A model generated the notes under the pieces. It had not been told where the DNA came from. It searched no databases and was given only the letters and a program-made list of their open reading frames with translations. Position numbers and translations under genes: made by a program. A stretch of 64,000 nucleotides of DNA from Candidatus Latescibacterota bacterium. Its GTDB lineage: Bacteria > Latescibacterota > UBA2968 > GCA-2709665. Positions 48,591 to 58,098 of the stretch are shown here, one piece after another (within the stretch, counting starts at the first letter, position 1; each line of letters opens with the position of its first letter). The stretch is taken from contig OZ250150.1 in assembly GCA_965237675.1 (NCBI GenBank), forward strand, positions 3,616,001-3,680,000, written 5' to 3'.

Positions 48591-49631
48591 GTGGGTCGTA
48601 TGTTGCAGTTACAGCAGCGGGAAGTAGCTATTCTGGATATTCTCGTCAGTACGCATGTCAGTACCGGTGAGCCCGTCGGATCGCGGGCCATCGCCAGGTC
48701 GGGGATGGGTCTCAGTTCGGCCACGGTGCGCAACTCGATGGCCGACCTGGAGGATAAGGGCCTGCTCACCCAGCCGCATACGTCGGCCGGCCGCGTGCCC
48801 ACGGATAAAGGCTACCGCTATTACGTCGACAGAGTGATGCCCAGAGAGATGCTGGAGGAAGAGGAATGCGATCAGATTCGCGAACGGGTACGTGCCGCCG
48901 TCCGGAAGGGTGATGTCGAGGTATTGCTCGAGCAGATGTCCAGAGTGATCGCCGATCTCTCAATGAATCTGGGAATGGTTCTCTCGCCGAGGTTCGAGCA
49001 GGGGGTTTTTGACCGCCTGGAAATAGTCCATCTTTCCGAGGGCAGGCTCCTTCTGGTGCTTGCGATCAGGTCCGGGCTGGTGAAGACGATGGTGATGGAG
49101 GTGGACTCGGCCATCACGCCCGGCGAATTGGACGAGACGTCACGAGCGGTAAACGAACGCCTATCCGGTCTCAGTGTTGCGGAGATTCGAGATTCGGTCG
49201 CCGAGCGGCTCCGGGCGGTTTCGCATGGGTCTCCCAGGCTGCTGCGTGTGCTGTGTGATAGCGCGCCAAACCTTTTCCGGTTCCATAGCGGGATGGATCT
49301 GCATTTCGGCGGGGCCGGCAACTTCATTATGCAGCCGGAGTTCAGCCGCAAGAAAAACGACCTGGCCGCACTGATGGAATTGCTTGAAGCGCGGGAACCG
49401 ATGATTACGATCCTGGACGAACGGACCGAACAGGACGGAATATCCGTTACGATCGGCACCGAAAACGGTCCGCCGGAACTCCGTGGCTGCAGCGTACTTA
49501 CGTCAAGATATAAGGTTGGCGCCATCTCCGGGGTCATCGGGCTGATCGGCCCCACCCGTATCCCGTACGCGAGGCTGATTCCTTTGACGCGGTATATGGC
49601 AGCCCTGGCCGAGGAAATGTTGGATCATTAG
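48591..49631 (+). CDS. hrcA: Heat-inducible transcription repressor
   Basis: EPVGSR, SSATVRNSMADLE, PHTSAGRVPTDKGYRYYVD, IGPTR. Confidence 0.96.
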   Translation: MGRMLQLQQREVAILDILVSTHVSTGEPVGSRAIARSGMGLSSATVRNSMADLEDKGLLTQPHTSAGRVPTDKGYRYYVDRVMPREMLEEEECDQIRERVRAAVRKGDVEVLLEQMSRVIADLSMNLGMVLSPRFEQGVFDRLEIVHLSEGRLLLVLAIRSGLVKTMVMEVDSAITPGELDETSRAVNERLSGLSVAEIRDSVAERLRAVSHGSPRLLRVLCDSAPNLFRFHSGMDLHFGGAGNFIMQPEFSRKKNDLAALMELLEAREPMITILDERTEQDGISVTIGTENGPPELRGCSVLTSRYKVGAISGVIGLIGPTRIPYARLIPLTRYMAALAEEMLDH

Positions 49632-49652
49632 CAGGAGGAAACACGGGCGCAT

Positions 49653-50246
49653 ATGGTAAATTCTGACGAAGTGAGCGGCGAGGAAACCCAGGAGGAAACC
49701 ACCGAAGCGGAAGCTTGCGAGGAAGCGGAGGCGCCGGATCCTCTCGCAGAGGCCCTCCGTGAGTCGGAACAATATAAGGATCGGTGGCTGAGGCTGGTGG
49801 CCGAGTTCGACAACTACAAGAAACGGAGGTCAAGGGAGTTCGATGCTCTGGTGCGTTCGGCCAGCGAGAACCTGATTCGAGACTTGCTGCCGGTTCTCGA
49901 TTCGGTTGCTCGAGCACTGGACCATCGCGCCGGCGGCCAGGAGGATTCCGAGGGATTCAAGCAGGGCGTCGCCATGATTATGGAGCAATTCCCCAAAGTC
50001 CTCCAGCGCCGCGGTCTTTCGGAGATCGAGGCCGCGGGCGAGCCGTTCGACCCGAACTTTCACGAAGCGTTGATGCAGATGCCTTCGGACGAACACGCCG
50101 AGGGGCTGGTGATGGACGTGGTGGAACGAGGGTACTGTCTCGGCGATAAGGTGATCCGGCCCGCCAGGGTTGTTGTGAGCGGGGGGAGCGCGGCGGAGGA
50201 ACCCGAAAGTGACGATGAAGCGGAGAACGAGAGTGAAGCGCGTTAA
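49653..50246 (+). CDS. grpE: Nucleotide exchange factor GrpE
   Basis: AEFDNYKKR, LLPVLD, FDPNFHEA, GY...VIRPARVVV. Confidence 0.96.
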   Translation: MVNSDEVSGEETQEETTEAEACEEAEAPDPLAEALRESEQYKDRWLRLVAEFDNYKKRRSREFDALVRSASENLIRDLLPVLDSVARALDHRAGGQEDSEGFKQGVAMIMEQFPKVLQRRGLSEIEAAGEPFDPNFHEALMQMPSDEHAEGLVMDVVERGYCLGDKVIRPARVVVSGGSAAEEPESDDEAENESEAR

Positions 50247-50303
50247 TCCTGAGCAGGGCCGGAATTCGGCTCTGTTGTCTGTTTTGCCCGACAGGAACGG
50301 ATA

Positions 50304-51461
50304 ATGTCCAAACGGGACTATTACGAGGTTCTCGGATTGCAACGCGAGGCAACCGAGAGCGACATCAAAAAAGTCTACCGAAAACAGGCGATGAAATTTC
50401 ACCCCGACCGAAATGCGGGGGATGAAGAGGCCGCGGCCAAATTCAAGGAGGCCGCCGAAGCATACGAGGTCTTAGGCGATGCCCAGAAACGGCGGGTCTA
50501 CGACCAGTATGGGCATGCGGGCCTGGGCGGCCCGTTCCAGGGCGGCGGATTTCAATGGTCCGACTTTACCCGTGCAACCGATTTCGAGGATATCTTCTCC
50601 AACCTCGACGACGTGTTCGGTGGCGGCATCCTGGGGGATCTGTTCGGCCGTCGCGGCGGGCGGCGGGCCCCCCAGCGCGGGGAAGACCTCCGTATTCCGC
50701 TCAGGTTGAGCCTGGAGGAGATTGCATCCGGCGTCCAGAAAAAGATCCGGTTTGCCCGGATGGACAGGTGCGACACCTGCGGTGGCAGCGGAGCTCGATC
50801 CGGCGCGGGCGCCAGGACATGCGGCGTTTGCAACGGGATGGGCCAGGTGCGCCAGGCCACGCGATCTTTATTCGGTCAGTTTGTGAATGTAACCACGTGC
50901 CCCCAGTGCAACGGCGAAGGCAAGGTGATCGGCGACCGCTGTCCCGACTGCGGCGGCGAGGGAAGGGCGAAAAAGACCGTCAGTCTGGCCGTCAATATTC
51001 CGGCGGGCGTCACCGACGGCAACTATATTCCGTTGCGGGGGCAGGGCAGCGTCGGACCCCGAGACGGCGCCGCCGGAGATTGCATGGTTCTGATCGAAGA
51101 GGCGGAGCACGATCATTTCGAGCGGCACGGCAACGATATCCTCTATGAGTTGCCCATCGGCTTCAGCCAGGCGGCGCTGGGCGCCGATGTGACGGTGCGC
51201 ACGTTGAACGGCAGGGCGGAAATGAAGATTCCGGCAGGAACCCAGTCCGGGCAGATTTTTCGCCTGAAGGGCAAAGGGATTCCCGAAGTGAATGGATATC
51301 GTACCGGAGACCAGCTTGTCCGTGTGATGGTCTGGACACCTGCACGTCTCAATGACGAAGAGAAGGAGCTGTTCCGGCAACTCGCGCAACTTGAGAATAT
51401 ACAGCCGCCGGAGGGCGGAAAAGGCCTATTTGAACGCATGAGGGAGGCGTTCAGCGGGTAG
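50304..51461 (+). CDS. dnaJ: Chaperone DnaJ
   Basis: DYYEVLG, HPD, G/F-rich linker, four CxxCxGxG repeats. Confidence 0.97.
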   Translation: MSKRDYYEVLGLQREATESDIKKVYRKQAMKFHPDRNAGDEEAAAKFKEAAEAYEVLGDAQKRRVYDQYGHAGLGGPFQGGGFQWSDFTRATDFEDIFSNLDDVFGGGILGDLFGRRGGRRAPQRGEDLRIPLRLSLEEIASGVQKKIRFARMDRCDTCGGSGARSGAGARTCGVCNGMGQVRQATRSLFGQFVNVTTCPQCNGEGKVIGDRCPDCGGEGRAKKTVSLAVNIPAGVTDGNYIPLRGQGSVGPRDGAAGDCMVLIEEAEHDHFERHGNDILYELPIGFSQAALGADVTVRTLNGRAEMKIPAGTQSGQIFRLKGKGIPEVNGYRTGDQLVRVMVWTPARLNDEEKELFRQLAQLENIQPPEGGKGLFERMREAFSG

Positions 51462-51601
51462 GGGGAACCCCCTCAATAACTCCAGGGCCGCATCGCGAAA
51501 GCCGCCAACGACCGCGCTGGCGCCGGATTGCGATCCGGATTACCGGCGCCTGGCGCGGATGAGCCGGGTGGGTCCGGCCGTTCGTCAATTTTCCCGGACC
51601 A

Positions 51602-53038
51602 TCAGGTCAGCCTGGGGAAGAGCGGTTGACTCTTCCGGATCACGGGTCTTGAGAAGCTGCTCTCGATTCTCCCGGCGGTTCGTGGAAGAAAGGGTTTCAG
51701 GCTCCATGCTATGGCGTGGACCGACCCGACCCACGCCGAGAGGTGTTGTCTTAACCTCTCGGCTTTTTGTTGTTTCAGAAGTTCCCATGGGCGGGCCGCG
51801 TCGATTTCCCGGTTCAGTTGAGCGATCTGCCGCCAGATGGACCGGAGGGCCGCGGCGAAGTCGAAGCTGTCCCGGACGTCCTTCAGGTCCGGTGAAATGC
51901 GGGTGCGAGGCGTTTCCGCACGACCGTAGCCGGCCTTTTCGCAAAGGGCTTCGAGCCGGCGAACGAGGTTGCCCAGGCCGTTCGCAAGGTCCGAGGTGTA
52001 GACTTCCCGGAGCCGGGCTTCGGAGACGTCTCCGTCCCCTCCGGAGCGGACGGCGCGGAGCAGGTAGTACCGGACGGCGTCAGCGCCGTACCGCTCGATC
52101 AGCGGGAATGGATCGACGGCGTTGTCCAGCGACTTGCCGATCTTGCGGCCCTCTACGGTCAGGTGGCCATGGACGAAGATGGCCCGGGGCAACGGCAGGC
52201 CGGCCGAAAGCAGCAGGGCTGGCCAGTATACCGCGTGGAATTTGAGGATATCCTTGCCGATTACGTGGATCCTGTTGGGGCAGTTGCGCCAGTACCGTTC
52301 GAAATCTTCGAACCTGGAGCCGTAGCCCAGGCCGGTGAGGTAGTTGGTCAGGGCGTCGAACCAGACGTACATGACTTGGGTGGGATCTCCCGGCACAGGC
52401 ACCCCCCAGCCTCCCGAACGTTCCCGATTGCGGGAAATACTGAAGTCGTGCAGGCCCTGCCGGATGAATCCCAGCGCCTCGTTTCGCCGTGTTTCCGGGA
52501 GAATGCGGAGCTTTCCAGACACGATCAGGGCCTCCAGCGGCTTCTGATAGTTGGAAAGACGGAAGAAATAGTTCGTTTCTTCGACGTTCTCGGGTTCGAC
52601 ACCATGTACAGGGCACCGTCCATCCGCCAGGTCCGGTTCCAGATAGAAGTCCTCGCAGCCCACGCAATACAGACCGCGGTACTGTTTGAGGACAATATCC
52701 TCTTGCCGGCAGGCCGTCCAGAATCTGGAAGCGCCGCGGAAGTGGGCGTCGGAGGAGGAGCGGATGAAGCGGTCGGAAGCGATGTCGAGGGCCTCGACAA
52801 GGTTCAGGAAGACAGCGGCGTTCCGATCGCAGAACTGGCGGGGGGCCAGGCCTTCCCTTGCAGCGGCCTGCACGTTCTTGAACGCGTTCTCGTCGGTTCC
52901 GGTCAGGAAAAAGGTGTCGTCGCCCAGGAGCCGGCGCCACCGGGCAATCGCGTCGGCCTGTACGAGTTCCAGAGCAAAGCCCACGTGGGGGCGGGCGTTG
53001 ACGTAGGGGATGGAGGTCGATACATAGAAGGTGTTCAT
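51602..53038 (-). CDS. metG: Methionyl-tRNA synthetase, short form without C-terminal tRNA-binding domain
   Basis: PYVNARPHVGF, GTDE, CVGC/CPVH knuckle, YVWFDAL, IGKDILKFH, KIGKS (KMSKS equivalent), LANGLGNL. Confidence 0.92.
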   Translation of the reverse strand: MNTFYVSTSIPYVNARPHVGFALELVQADAIARWRRLLGDDTFFLTGTDENAFKNVQAAAREGLAPRQFCDRNAAVFLNLVEALDIASDRFIRSSSDAHFRGASRFWTACRQEDIVLKQYRGLYCVGCEDFYLEPDLADGRCPVHGVEPENVEETNYFFRLSNYQKPLEALIVSGKLRILPETRRNEALGFIRQGLHDFSISRNRERSGGWGVPVPGDPTQVMYVWFDALTNYLTGLGYGSRFEDFERYWRNCPNRIHVIGKDILKFHAVYWPALLLSAGLPLPRAIFVHGHLTVEGRKIGKSLDNAVDPFPLIERYGADAVRYYLLRAVRSGGDGDVSEARLREVYTSDLANGLGNLVRRLEALCEKAGYGRAETPRTRISPDLKDVRDSFDFAAALRSIWRQIAQLNREIDAARPWELLKQQKAERLRQHLSAWVGSVHAIAWSLKPFLPRTAGRIESSFSRPVIRKSQPLFPRLT

Positions 53039-53112
53039 GGCAAGTCCTTTCCATTTGCGGACTGAATAAGGATAAAGCGACGCATTTCGGCTCGGAACAG
53101 GACATGCGCATG
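53036..53112 (-). promoter_or_regulatory. Predicted RBS-sequestering hairpin of metG
   Basis: mRNA CAUGCGCAUGUCCUGUUCC (53112-53094) can form 16 pairs with GGAAAGGACUUGCCAUG (53052-53036), which holds the SD and start codon. Confidence 0.6.
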
Positions 53113-53277
53113 TAAGAGATACCGCCGGTGCTGTGAGATAAACAGTTGAACATTCGGTTTTCCCCCATAAAATTGGAGCGGTTCAGGCCTTGGGACACCG
53201 TTTCGTCAATTTGCGATCCGGACCCGTGGCGTCAGGCGCGATACGTGGCCAGAAATGAATGAGGACTGTTTTTGCAC

Positions 53278-53314
53278 AAATTAAAACCCACCGCCGATCC
53301 GTCGGCGGTGGGTT
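53278..53314 (-). terminator. Intrinsic terminator / attenuator hairpin in the metG leader
   Basis: 13-bp perfect stem AACCCACCGCCGA-CGGA-TCGGCGGTGGGTT followed by TTAATTT on the minus strand. Confidence 0.8.
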
Positions 53315-53343
53315 GGTCGATTCAGGTACAGGTGTGATTCAGT

Positions 53344-53502
53344 TCAAGTCAGGGGATGGTCCGCCGCCGAAAACCCGGTAGAAAAGGAGGCCATCATGTA
53401 CATAGATATATCGTCGACACGTGTCGACGGCGTGCCGTTGAAGGCGGGAAAAGCAGACGTGTTCGAACTCGTTGCTTTATTTGGCTTCAGATCCGGCGTC
53501 AT
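53344..53502 (-). CDS. Putative Met-rich leader peptide (52 aa)
   Basis: AGGAG RBS; MTPDLKPNKATSSNTSAFPAFNGTPSTRVDDISMYMMASFSTGFSAADHPLT; lies between a consensus promoter and a terminator. Confidence 0.6.
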   Translation of the reverse strand: MTPDLKPNKATSSNTSAFPAFNGTPSTRVDDISMYMMASFSTGFSAADHPLT

Positions 53503-53530
53503 GGCAGGCTCCTGTCTTTGCGTTCGCGGA

Positions 53531-53559
53531 AATATAGAATGCTGGGTGGGAAATGTCAA
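53531..53559 (-). promoter_or_regulatory. Sigma70 promoter driving the metG leader
   Basis: TTGACA (53559-53554)-N17-TATATT (53536-53531). Confidence 0.75.
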
Positions 53560-53837
53560 GTCTGCCGATCGCATTTCGGTTTTTCGGCTGGCGCCGCGAT
53601 CGCACAGGTAACCGTTCAATGTCCGTGAATATCGTAGCTATTTGGCATGAGTGTGTTCCCGGCCCATCCGGGTTGCGCCCGTCGCGGGATTTTCATCTTC
53701 CCCTTGTCCTTTTGGCGGGATGGGCTTACATTGTCGCAGATAGGAGACCTGGTGGTCGGCTTGCCAGTTGTCTGGTTTTAAGCCTGTACCAGGTGTGCAT
53801 CGACTTTCGCGAACATTACAAGAATAGGGACTCGGTC

Positions 53838-54887
53838 GTGCTTTACTGGTTGGGGGAGCGTTTCGCGGATATTTACGGGCCTTTTCGGCTGTTAACGTCC
53901 TATCTGTTTCTGGCCGTTCTCGGCACGGCGCTGGCAGGACTGTTTACCTGGCTGCTACTTCCAAGATTGTGGATGCGGTTGCCCAAAGACCGGGGCCGCG
54001 CGTTTGCCGTCGAGAACGAGCAAAGCCACGGCAAGCCCGTTGGCGCGGGCGTTATTTTCATCCCTATCTATCTGGTCGTGTGTTTGCTGATTCTTCCGCC
54101 GGGATCCCAGTACTGGCAGATTCTCGGCTGTGTTTTCCTCGCGATGCTGGCCGGTTTTCTGGACGATCGAAGCCCGGGAGGGTGGGGCGAGTATCGCGTG
54201 GGGGCCATCGACCTGGGCATTTCGTTACTGGGCGCGATGGTCATTTGCCAGTTGGCGTCCGTCGACGTCTGGTTGCCGCTGATGAAGACGCCGGTATCGG
54301 TTCCGCCGTGGATTTTTGTGCCCGGAGCCGCATTGTTGATCTGGGTTTCAATTAATGCCACCAACTGTACCGACGGCGTGGACGGGCTGTCGGGCAGCCT
54401 GAGTGTCATGGCTTTTGTCTATCTGGGCACGATTCTATACGGGATTGTGGGGCACCGGGACATTGCCAGGTATCTACTCGTGCCGCATTATCCGGATGGT
54501 GCGGTCTGGGCGCTGTTTGCATTTACAATGGCCGGATGTCTGGCCGGTTATCTGTGGTACAACGCCTATCCGAGCGCCGTACTGATGGGAGACGCCGGTT
54601 CCCGGCCAATGGGCCTCTTGCTCGGGACGCTGGTTCTGGCCTGCGGCAATCCGTTTCTGATCGTCGTCGTTGCCGGGGTGGTTCTGGTGAATGGGGCTAC
54701 GGGGCTCCTGAAAGTGGCGTTGCTGCGGTTCTTGAAAATCGGGATCTTTAAGACGGTTCGTTATCCGCTGCACGATCATTTTCGGCACAAAAAAGGTTGG
54801 TCGAACACCCATGTGCTTGTGCGGTTTATTCTGCTTCAGGCGTTTGTGACGCCAATTCTGCTGGTTCTGCTGGTCAAGATCCGTTAA
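53838..54887 (+). CDS. mraY: Phospho-N-acetylmuramoyl-pentapeptide transferase-like protein, outside a dcw cluster
   Basis: GFLDD, NATNCTDGVDGL, LWYNAYPS.VLMGDAGS, PLHDHF..KGW; GTG start at 53838. Confidence 0.85.
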   Translation: MLYWLGERFADIYGPFRLLTSYLFLAVLGTALAGLFTWLLLPRLWMRLPKDRGRAFAVENEQSHGKPVGAGVIFIPIYLVVCLLILPPGSQYWQILGCVFLAMLAGFLDDRSPGGWGEYRVGAIDLGISLLGAMVICQLASVDVWLPLMKTPVSVPPWIFVPGAALLIWVSINATNCTDGVDGLSGSLSVMAFVYLGTILYGIVGHRDIARYLLVPHYPDGAVWALFAFTMAGCLAGYLWYNAYPSAVLMGDAGSRPMGLLLGTLVLACGNPFLIVVVAGVVLVNGATGLLKVALLRFLKIGIFKTVRYPLHDHFRHKKGWSNTHVLVRFILLQAFVTPILLVLLVKIR

Positions 54888-54920
54888 GGCGCGCGGCGAC
54901 GTGGTGCGTGAGAGGTGTAT

Positions 54921-56279
54921 ATGGACGGAAAAGAGACGTTGAAGCGGAAAATCTGCGAGGCTATCGACCGGCGGCGCGGACAGATTGAGCGGATCGGGGA
55001 CCACATCATGGCCCATCCTGAAACCGGTTTCAAGGAATTCGATACCTCCAGGCTGGCGAAAAGTACCATGGAGGAGTTCGGGATTTCGCCGGAGACCGGG
55101 CTGGGGATTACAGGCGTGAAGGGTACCCTCCGCGGCGCGAGGCCGGGGCCAACGGTGGCCCTGATAGGTGAGCTGGATTCGCTGGTGGTGTCGGATCATC
55201 CGATGGCGAATCCCGAAACAGGAGCCGCCCACGCCTGTGGGCACAACGCACAGGTCGCCGGACTCCTGGGCGCGATGATGGGTATGATCGACAGTGGCTT
55301 GGCCGAATCCCTGGCCGGTAACGTCGTGTTCTTTGCCGTGCCGGCGGAAGAGTACGTCGAGGTCGAGTACCGGATGGGGCTTGTGAAGGAAGAAAAGATT
55401 GAATTCCTGGGAGGGAAACCGGAACTCGTCCGGCTCGGGCATTTCGACGACATCGATATGGCAGCGATGATCCACACGCACAGCGACGCCAACATGAAAA
55501 AGGTGGCGATTTCCGCGTCGTGCAACGGGTGTCTCGTGAAGATGATCCGTTTCATTGGCCGGGCGGCGCACGCCGGTGGGGCCCCACACAACGGGATCAA
55601 CGCATTGAACGCCGCCCAGATCGCTTTGATGGCAATTCACGCGCAGCGGGAGACGTTCCGGGATACAGACTCGATCCGGGTGCATCCGATTATTACCAAA
55701 GGCGGCGATATCGTGAACGTGGTGCCGGCGGAGGTTCGGATCGAGACCTACGTCAGGGGGAAGACCAACGAAGCGATGTTGGACGCCAATGAAAAGGTGG
55801 ACCGGGCGATCCGAGCCGGGGCGATGGCGGTGGGCGCGCGGGTGGAGATCCAAACGCTGCCGGGGTACTTGCCGCTTCGGAACGATCCGGCGTTGAGCGC
55901 GGTATTCGAAGCGAACTCGAAGGCGTTGTTCGGGGACGACGAGTTCTGTGAGGTCTCACATCGAACGGGATCGACGGATATGGGGGATCTATCCCACATC
56001 ATGCCGGCTATCCATCCATATATGTCCGGTGCAGCCGGCGCGGGTCACAGCGCGGAGTGGCATATATCTGATAAGGAAATGGGGTATCTGGCTCCCGCGA
56101 AATCGCTGGCACTGCTGGCGGTCGACCTGTTGTACGGCGACGGAGAAACAGCGAAGGGCCTTCTCCGGGAATTCAAACCGGCGATGTCGAAGGACGAATA
56201 CCTGGCTTTTCAGCGGGGGCTGTTCAAGACGGAGATGTACGACGGGACGCGTGGCGGGGAAAGCAGGAATCAGGATTGA
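54921..56279 (+). CDS. M20D amidohydrolase
   Basis: HPETGFKE, GELDSL, HACGHNAQ, PAEE, AHAG, GSTDMGD. Confidence 0.92.
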   Translation: MDGKETLKRKICEAIDRRRGQIERIGDHIMAHPETGFKEFDTSRLAKSTMEEFGISPETGLGITGVKGTLRGARPGPTVALIGELDSLVVSDHPMANPETGAAHACGHNAQVAGLLGAMMGMIDSGLAESLAGNVVFFAVPAEEYVEVEYRMGLVKEEKIEFLGGKPELVRLGHFDDIDMAAMIHTHSDANMKKVAISASCNGCLVKMIRFIGRAAHAGGAPHNGINALNAAQIALMAIHAQRETFRDTDSIRVHPIITKGGDIVNVVPAEVRIETYVRGKTNEAMLDANEKVDRAIRAGAMAVGARVEIQTLPGYLPLRNDPALSAVFEANSKALFGDDEFCEVSHRTGSTDMGDLSHIMPAIHPYMSGAAGAGHSAEWHISDKEMGYLAPAKSLALLAVDLLYGDGETAKGLLREFKPAMSKDEYLAFQRGLFKTEMYDGTRGGESRNQD

Positions 56280-56396
56280 AGGTCTGAAATGGGCGGCGGC
56301 TGAAGCCAGTCGCGGCTGAGGCATCCAGTTCAAATTTGGATACGCGCGGCGGCGAGTCAGGTAGACCGAACTCGCGACGAGGTTCTTTACTTCTGC

Positions 56397-57575
56397 TCAG
56401 ACAACGTTGATCTCGCGCGTGTTGGCGCTCCCGATCCGTTTCGGACCATCCCTCTCGAGTACGGCCAGTTCTTCCACCAGCCAGGACCCCTCCAGAGAGA
56501 GGACGTTTCCCTCCTCGAATACGATTTCAGGAGCGATGCGTTCGTGACCCGTGGGGTAGGCGGAACTCATCCTGGGTTCCTCGTGAACGTCCATTCCCAC
56601 CCCGTGAATCAACCACAGGGGAGCATCCGTTTTTTCGGCGCCGAACTCACGCCGGCAGGCGTCGTAGACTTCCCGTTTGGTTTTTCCGGGACGTACGACG
56701 TCGTACATGAACGCCACGCGTTGGACGTGGGCATTCACGGTTTCAACCGCTTTCAGTGGCGGCTCCTTGAAACACAGGGGAAGTTTAAAGTCGCTTACAT
56801 ATCCCTGGTAGCATATGTTCCAATCAAGGCGGGTTGTCCCGACGTCTCGTGGAGACGCCTGTGGCGCGGGCCATCGGGTAAGACCCTCGGGTTCCCAACC
56901 CATGGCGTCCGGTGTCGGGCCCTGTACGGGCGCCTGGTTGAGGATTGGCGAGTGCTCGAAATCGGTGCAAATGAAGTCGAAGGGGTTGATCTGGTGCGGC
57001 GCCGCTCCCAGGTTCAGGACGGCCCGGGCAACGGCCCGCCCTGCGGCCGACCAGGACTTCGCACGTCGCATTTCGTCGCGGGCGTCCTCGAATGCCTGTT
57101 CGGCAATGTGTACCGCTTTTCGCATACACGCGATTTCTCGTGGGGTTTTCACGGTTCGCGTCCGGACCATCAATGACTCCGCGTCTTCGAACCGGGCATC
57201 GGGCAGGCCATCCTGCAAGGCGAACATCATCCCCGGAGCCAATCCAGCGTCCAGACCGATTCGGCCTCGATGCAGGTTCCGGTTTTTCAGTTGCTCGATC
57301 ACCACGGCAAGATAGTCGTGCAGATAGTCGTCGGTCCCGTAGGTTTCTGCCGGTAGGCCCGGCAGATTCAGGCCACGGGCACCCACGGTAAAGGAGTTGT
57401 CGGGCGGTGCGATCACGCAGAGCATCAATATCCATCCGTCGTTGGTGCTGTTGTACATCGCATCCCTGAAGAGGAGGTTGCTGCGTAGGTACAGGGTGTT
57501 CTTGCGTCCGGCAAGGATCAGGGCATCGATTCCGCTCTCGGCGATCAGCGATTTCAACCTCTGAATATTGGCCAT
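56397..57575 (-). CDS. M24 (Xaa-Pro peptidase/creatinase) family protein
   Basis: Creatinase-like N-domain, RTVKTPREI, GYVSD, HGVGMDVHEEP, LSLE. Confidence 0.85.
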   Translation of the reverse strand: MANIQRLKSLIAESGIDALILAGRKNTLYLRSNLLFRDAMYNSTNDGWILMLCVIAPPDNSFTVGARGLNLPGLPAETYGTDDYLHDYLAVVIEQLKNRNLHRGRIGLDAGLAPGMMFALQDGLPDARFEDAESLMVRTRTVKTPREIACMRKAVHIAEQAFEDARDEMRRAKSWSAAGRAVARAVLNLGAAPHQINPFDFICTDFEHSPILNQAPVQGPTPDAMGWEPEGLTRWPAPQASPRDVGTTRLDWNICYQGYVSDFKLPLCFKEPPLKAVETVNAHVQRVAFMYDVVRPGKTKREVYDACRREFGAEKTDAPLWLIHGVGMDVHEEPRMSSAYPTGHERIAPEIVFEEGNVLSLEGSWLVEELAVLERDGPKRIGSANTREINVV

Positions 57576-57657
57576 GCTGGTGTCTCCGCATTACCGATTC
57601 TTGTTGTCATGAATCGGTCAGAAGGAAGAGGTAAGAGGTAAGACGGCGCCGCTCGGC

Positions 57658-57776
57658 GCGGGGCCGGTTTTTCCGCGAATTTCCCTAAGGGAAACAACAA
57701 GCGTCATTGCCCTGCGACCGCTTGGAGCGATTCAGAACAACGTTGCTGGACGGAACAGCGCGGAAAACCCCCCCAC
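57658..57776 (-). repeat. Family C ~120-bp structured repeat, copy 1
   Basis: Its reverse complement aligns along its length with 63022-63137; TTTTCCGCG ... CGCGGAAAA inverted ends. Confidence 0.75.
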
Positions 57777-58098
57777 TCCACCGTTGTTGCATTTTGCGTC
57801 CATTTTGGTCGCGTCAAAAGGAACTCGCCGAAGGCAGGGAATTTGGGGAGCAGTGGATGTTGAACAATGTATCCATACAAGGAATTCGAAACAAGCGGTT
57901 TGTGGCCCGAATGCGGCTTCCTTGCGCGCACGTGGGGAATTTTGGGTGGGGATAATATCCATGATTGATTGTCGCATTCCCATCTTGCCAATAGGATCCG
58001 TGGGTGGCGCGTCAGTTGGCGGTTGTGCTGAGAAGCCAGCCACCCGATGGTTGCAGAACGGCGATTGGGGCGCGGGCGTCCGGTAAAGGAGAGAGAGT

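Noticed and set aside
52080-53198. 372-aa ORF overlapping metG in another frame
   Set aside because: Arg/Pro-rich shadow-frame composition. Only its 5' part is considered, as a possible leader.
53040-53530. T-box or SAM riboswitch in the metG leader
   Set aside because: I could not find the T-box motif or the SAM-I core by eye. An Rfam scan is needed to exclude them formally.
53396-53611. Plus-strand 71-aa ORF preceded by a perfect AAGGAGG, antisense to the proposed metG leader
   Set aside because: No plus-strand promoter or terminator seen and no recognisable motif, whereas the minus-strand reading has promoter, RBS and terminator. Not fully excluded; it is the main competing explanation.
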